Positions 62,631 through 64,000 of a DNA stretch of 64,000 nucleotides are shown one piece after another. Position 1 is the first letter of the stretch. Every line of letters starts with the position of its first letter. The notes under the pieces were generated by a model. The model searched no databases. It saw only the letters and a program-made list of their open reading frames with translations, and was not told where the DNA came from. The stretch lies in NCBI GenBank assembly GCA_030265395.1, contig JARFYF010000056.1, forward strand, positions 21,758,441 through 21,822,440, written 5' to 3'. The DNA comes from Rhina ancylostomus (Eukaryota). The position numbers and the translations under genes were made by a program.

Positions 62631-63633
62631 AAGGTCATAAAACGCAAGGTGATGGATCAAAACATTATGACCTATTGACATATTGGTCTGATGTCAGTAA
62701 AAGGGAAAATTAAGGAATTTGTAATGAAGAAAGCATTAACAAAATACCAAGTACAACAGGACTGAGCAGAGTCAGTATGAATTTATTAAAGGAAAATCAT
62801 ATGAGAAATCGATTTGAGTTCTTCAAGATCTGACTAGCACAGTCAATAACGGGAAACAAGTGGACGTGACCTACTTGGATTTGCAGAAGATTTTTAGTCA
62901 GGATCAATAACATGTTGGTCAACAGGAGAGGAGCATACAGAATCAGTGGTAATATACCATCATGAATTGAAAACTGGCTATTCAAAAGTCAAGAATAGGA
63001 ATAAACAGACCTCACTCAGGTTGGCAGACTATAACCAGCAAGGTACCACAAGGATTAGTGCTTGGGCCCCTGCTATTCATAATCTATAAACACCGTTTAG
63101 GGTGAAGGGAGCAAATATCATATCTGCAAGTTTATTGAAAAAACTTAAGGAGATGGGATTGTGAGGGAGGGAGGACCGTGCAGAAGAGACTTCAAGAGAT
63201 AATCAGACCGAGTGGGCAGGAACATCGCAATCCATTACAATGTGGAAAAATGTGAAGTTATCCACTTTGGTGTACGAAACAGAAAAACAGAGTACTTTTT
63301 TTAAAAATAGGGAAAGATAGGGAAATGTTGATGCTCAAAAAAACCTCAGTATCCTTGTACACAAGTCACTGAAAGCTAACATGTAGGTGCAGCAAGCAAT
63401 CAGGAGAGCAATTGGTATGTTGGCTTTACAAAGAGTCATATAGCACAGACACTCGTCCTTCAGCCCATCATGTACATGCTGGCCATCAAGTCATATCTAT
63501 GCTAGCCCCATTTATCAGCACTTAGCGTACAATNNNNNNNNNNNNNNNNNNNNNNNNNNNNNNNNNNNNNNNNNNNNNNNNNNNNNNNNNNNNNNNNNNN
63601 NNNNNNNNNNNNNNNNNNNNNNNNNNNNNNNNN

Positions 63634-63740
63634 CAAAATGAAAATCAAAATACTGCAGATGCTGGAAATCCGAAACAAAGCATTAATTCCCTTTCTCTTT
63701 TCCTCACTAACTTGCTGAGTTTTTCCAGCACTTTCTGGTT
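63634..63740. mobile_element. Penelope-like short foldback fragment
   Basis: AAAATACTGCAGATGCTGGAAATCC ... TTGCTGAGTTTTTCCAGCAC. Confidence 0.6.
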
Positions 63741-64000
63741 CCAGGGATGGCAGGTTTATAGTACGAGAAGACATCGAATCGACTCGGGCTGTATTTACGA
63801 GAGGTTCGCAGAATGAGAAGAGACTTTTTTGGAGCTGATAGGTGGATGCAGGAAGGATATTTCCTCTTGCTGTGGAAACTAAAACCAGGAGTCACGGTCT
63901 CTGAATAAGTGGTAGGCCACTTGGTACTGGGAAGAGGAGAAATATCTTCACATAGTAGCTGCGAAATCTTTGGTAAATTGACCAAGGCAGAGTGAAAAAC

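Larger units (their letters stand above)
61575..64000 (+). mobile_element. Old CR1 LINE ORF2, fragmented by later insertions; runs to the window end
   Basis: 61620-61780 FIRYVKR...LGPLHTESGEVIIGNKE; 62760-63430 VDVTYLDLQK...VPQGLVLGPLLF...NVEKCEVIHFG; 63770-64000 RLGLYLREVRRM...IFPL. Confidence 0.8.

Noticed and set aside
1-64000. Novel prokaryotic-type system (retron, DGR, defence island) suggested by the many RT fragments
   Set aside because: All RT pieces are frameshifted eukaryotic non-LTR retrotransposon remnants. There is no operon structure, no intact gene and very low coding density.

Overview
This is not prokaryotic DNA. It is a gapped draft-assembly window (many N runs, several about 100 N with duplicated flanks) from a vertebrate genome, very likely a cartilaginous fish (shark/ray), judged from its repeat repertoire. 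The window is intronic or intergenic and dominated by decayed retroelements: CR1 LINE fragments on both strands, Rex-Babar, Tx1/L1-like, RTE and L2 LINE remnants, tRNA-headed V-SINEs (HE1-like), Deu-domain SINEs, many short Penelope-like pieces (often foldback, carrying a degenerate hammerhead core), Tc1/mariner-pogo-type MITEs and one solo LTR. I found no intact ORF, recognisable host gene, RNA gene or CRISPR array. Most ORF-track entries are TE remnants, antisense noise or read-through of N gaps. The most notable structures are: (1) foldback Penelope-type mini-elements with 15-bp target-site duplications and a hammerhead-like motif; (2) a MITE family carrying a variable-copy 34-bp internal tandem repeat; (3) V-SINEs sharing a head and V domain but ending in tails from two different LINE clades; (4) a speculative, phase-compatible chain of minus-strand exons of unknown identity. 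Family names come from my recall of motifs, not from database searches, and boundaries are approximate unless a TSD or TIR is quoted.
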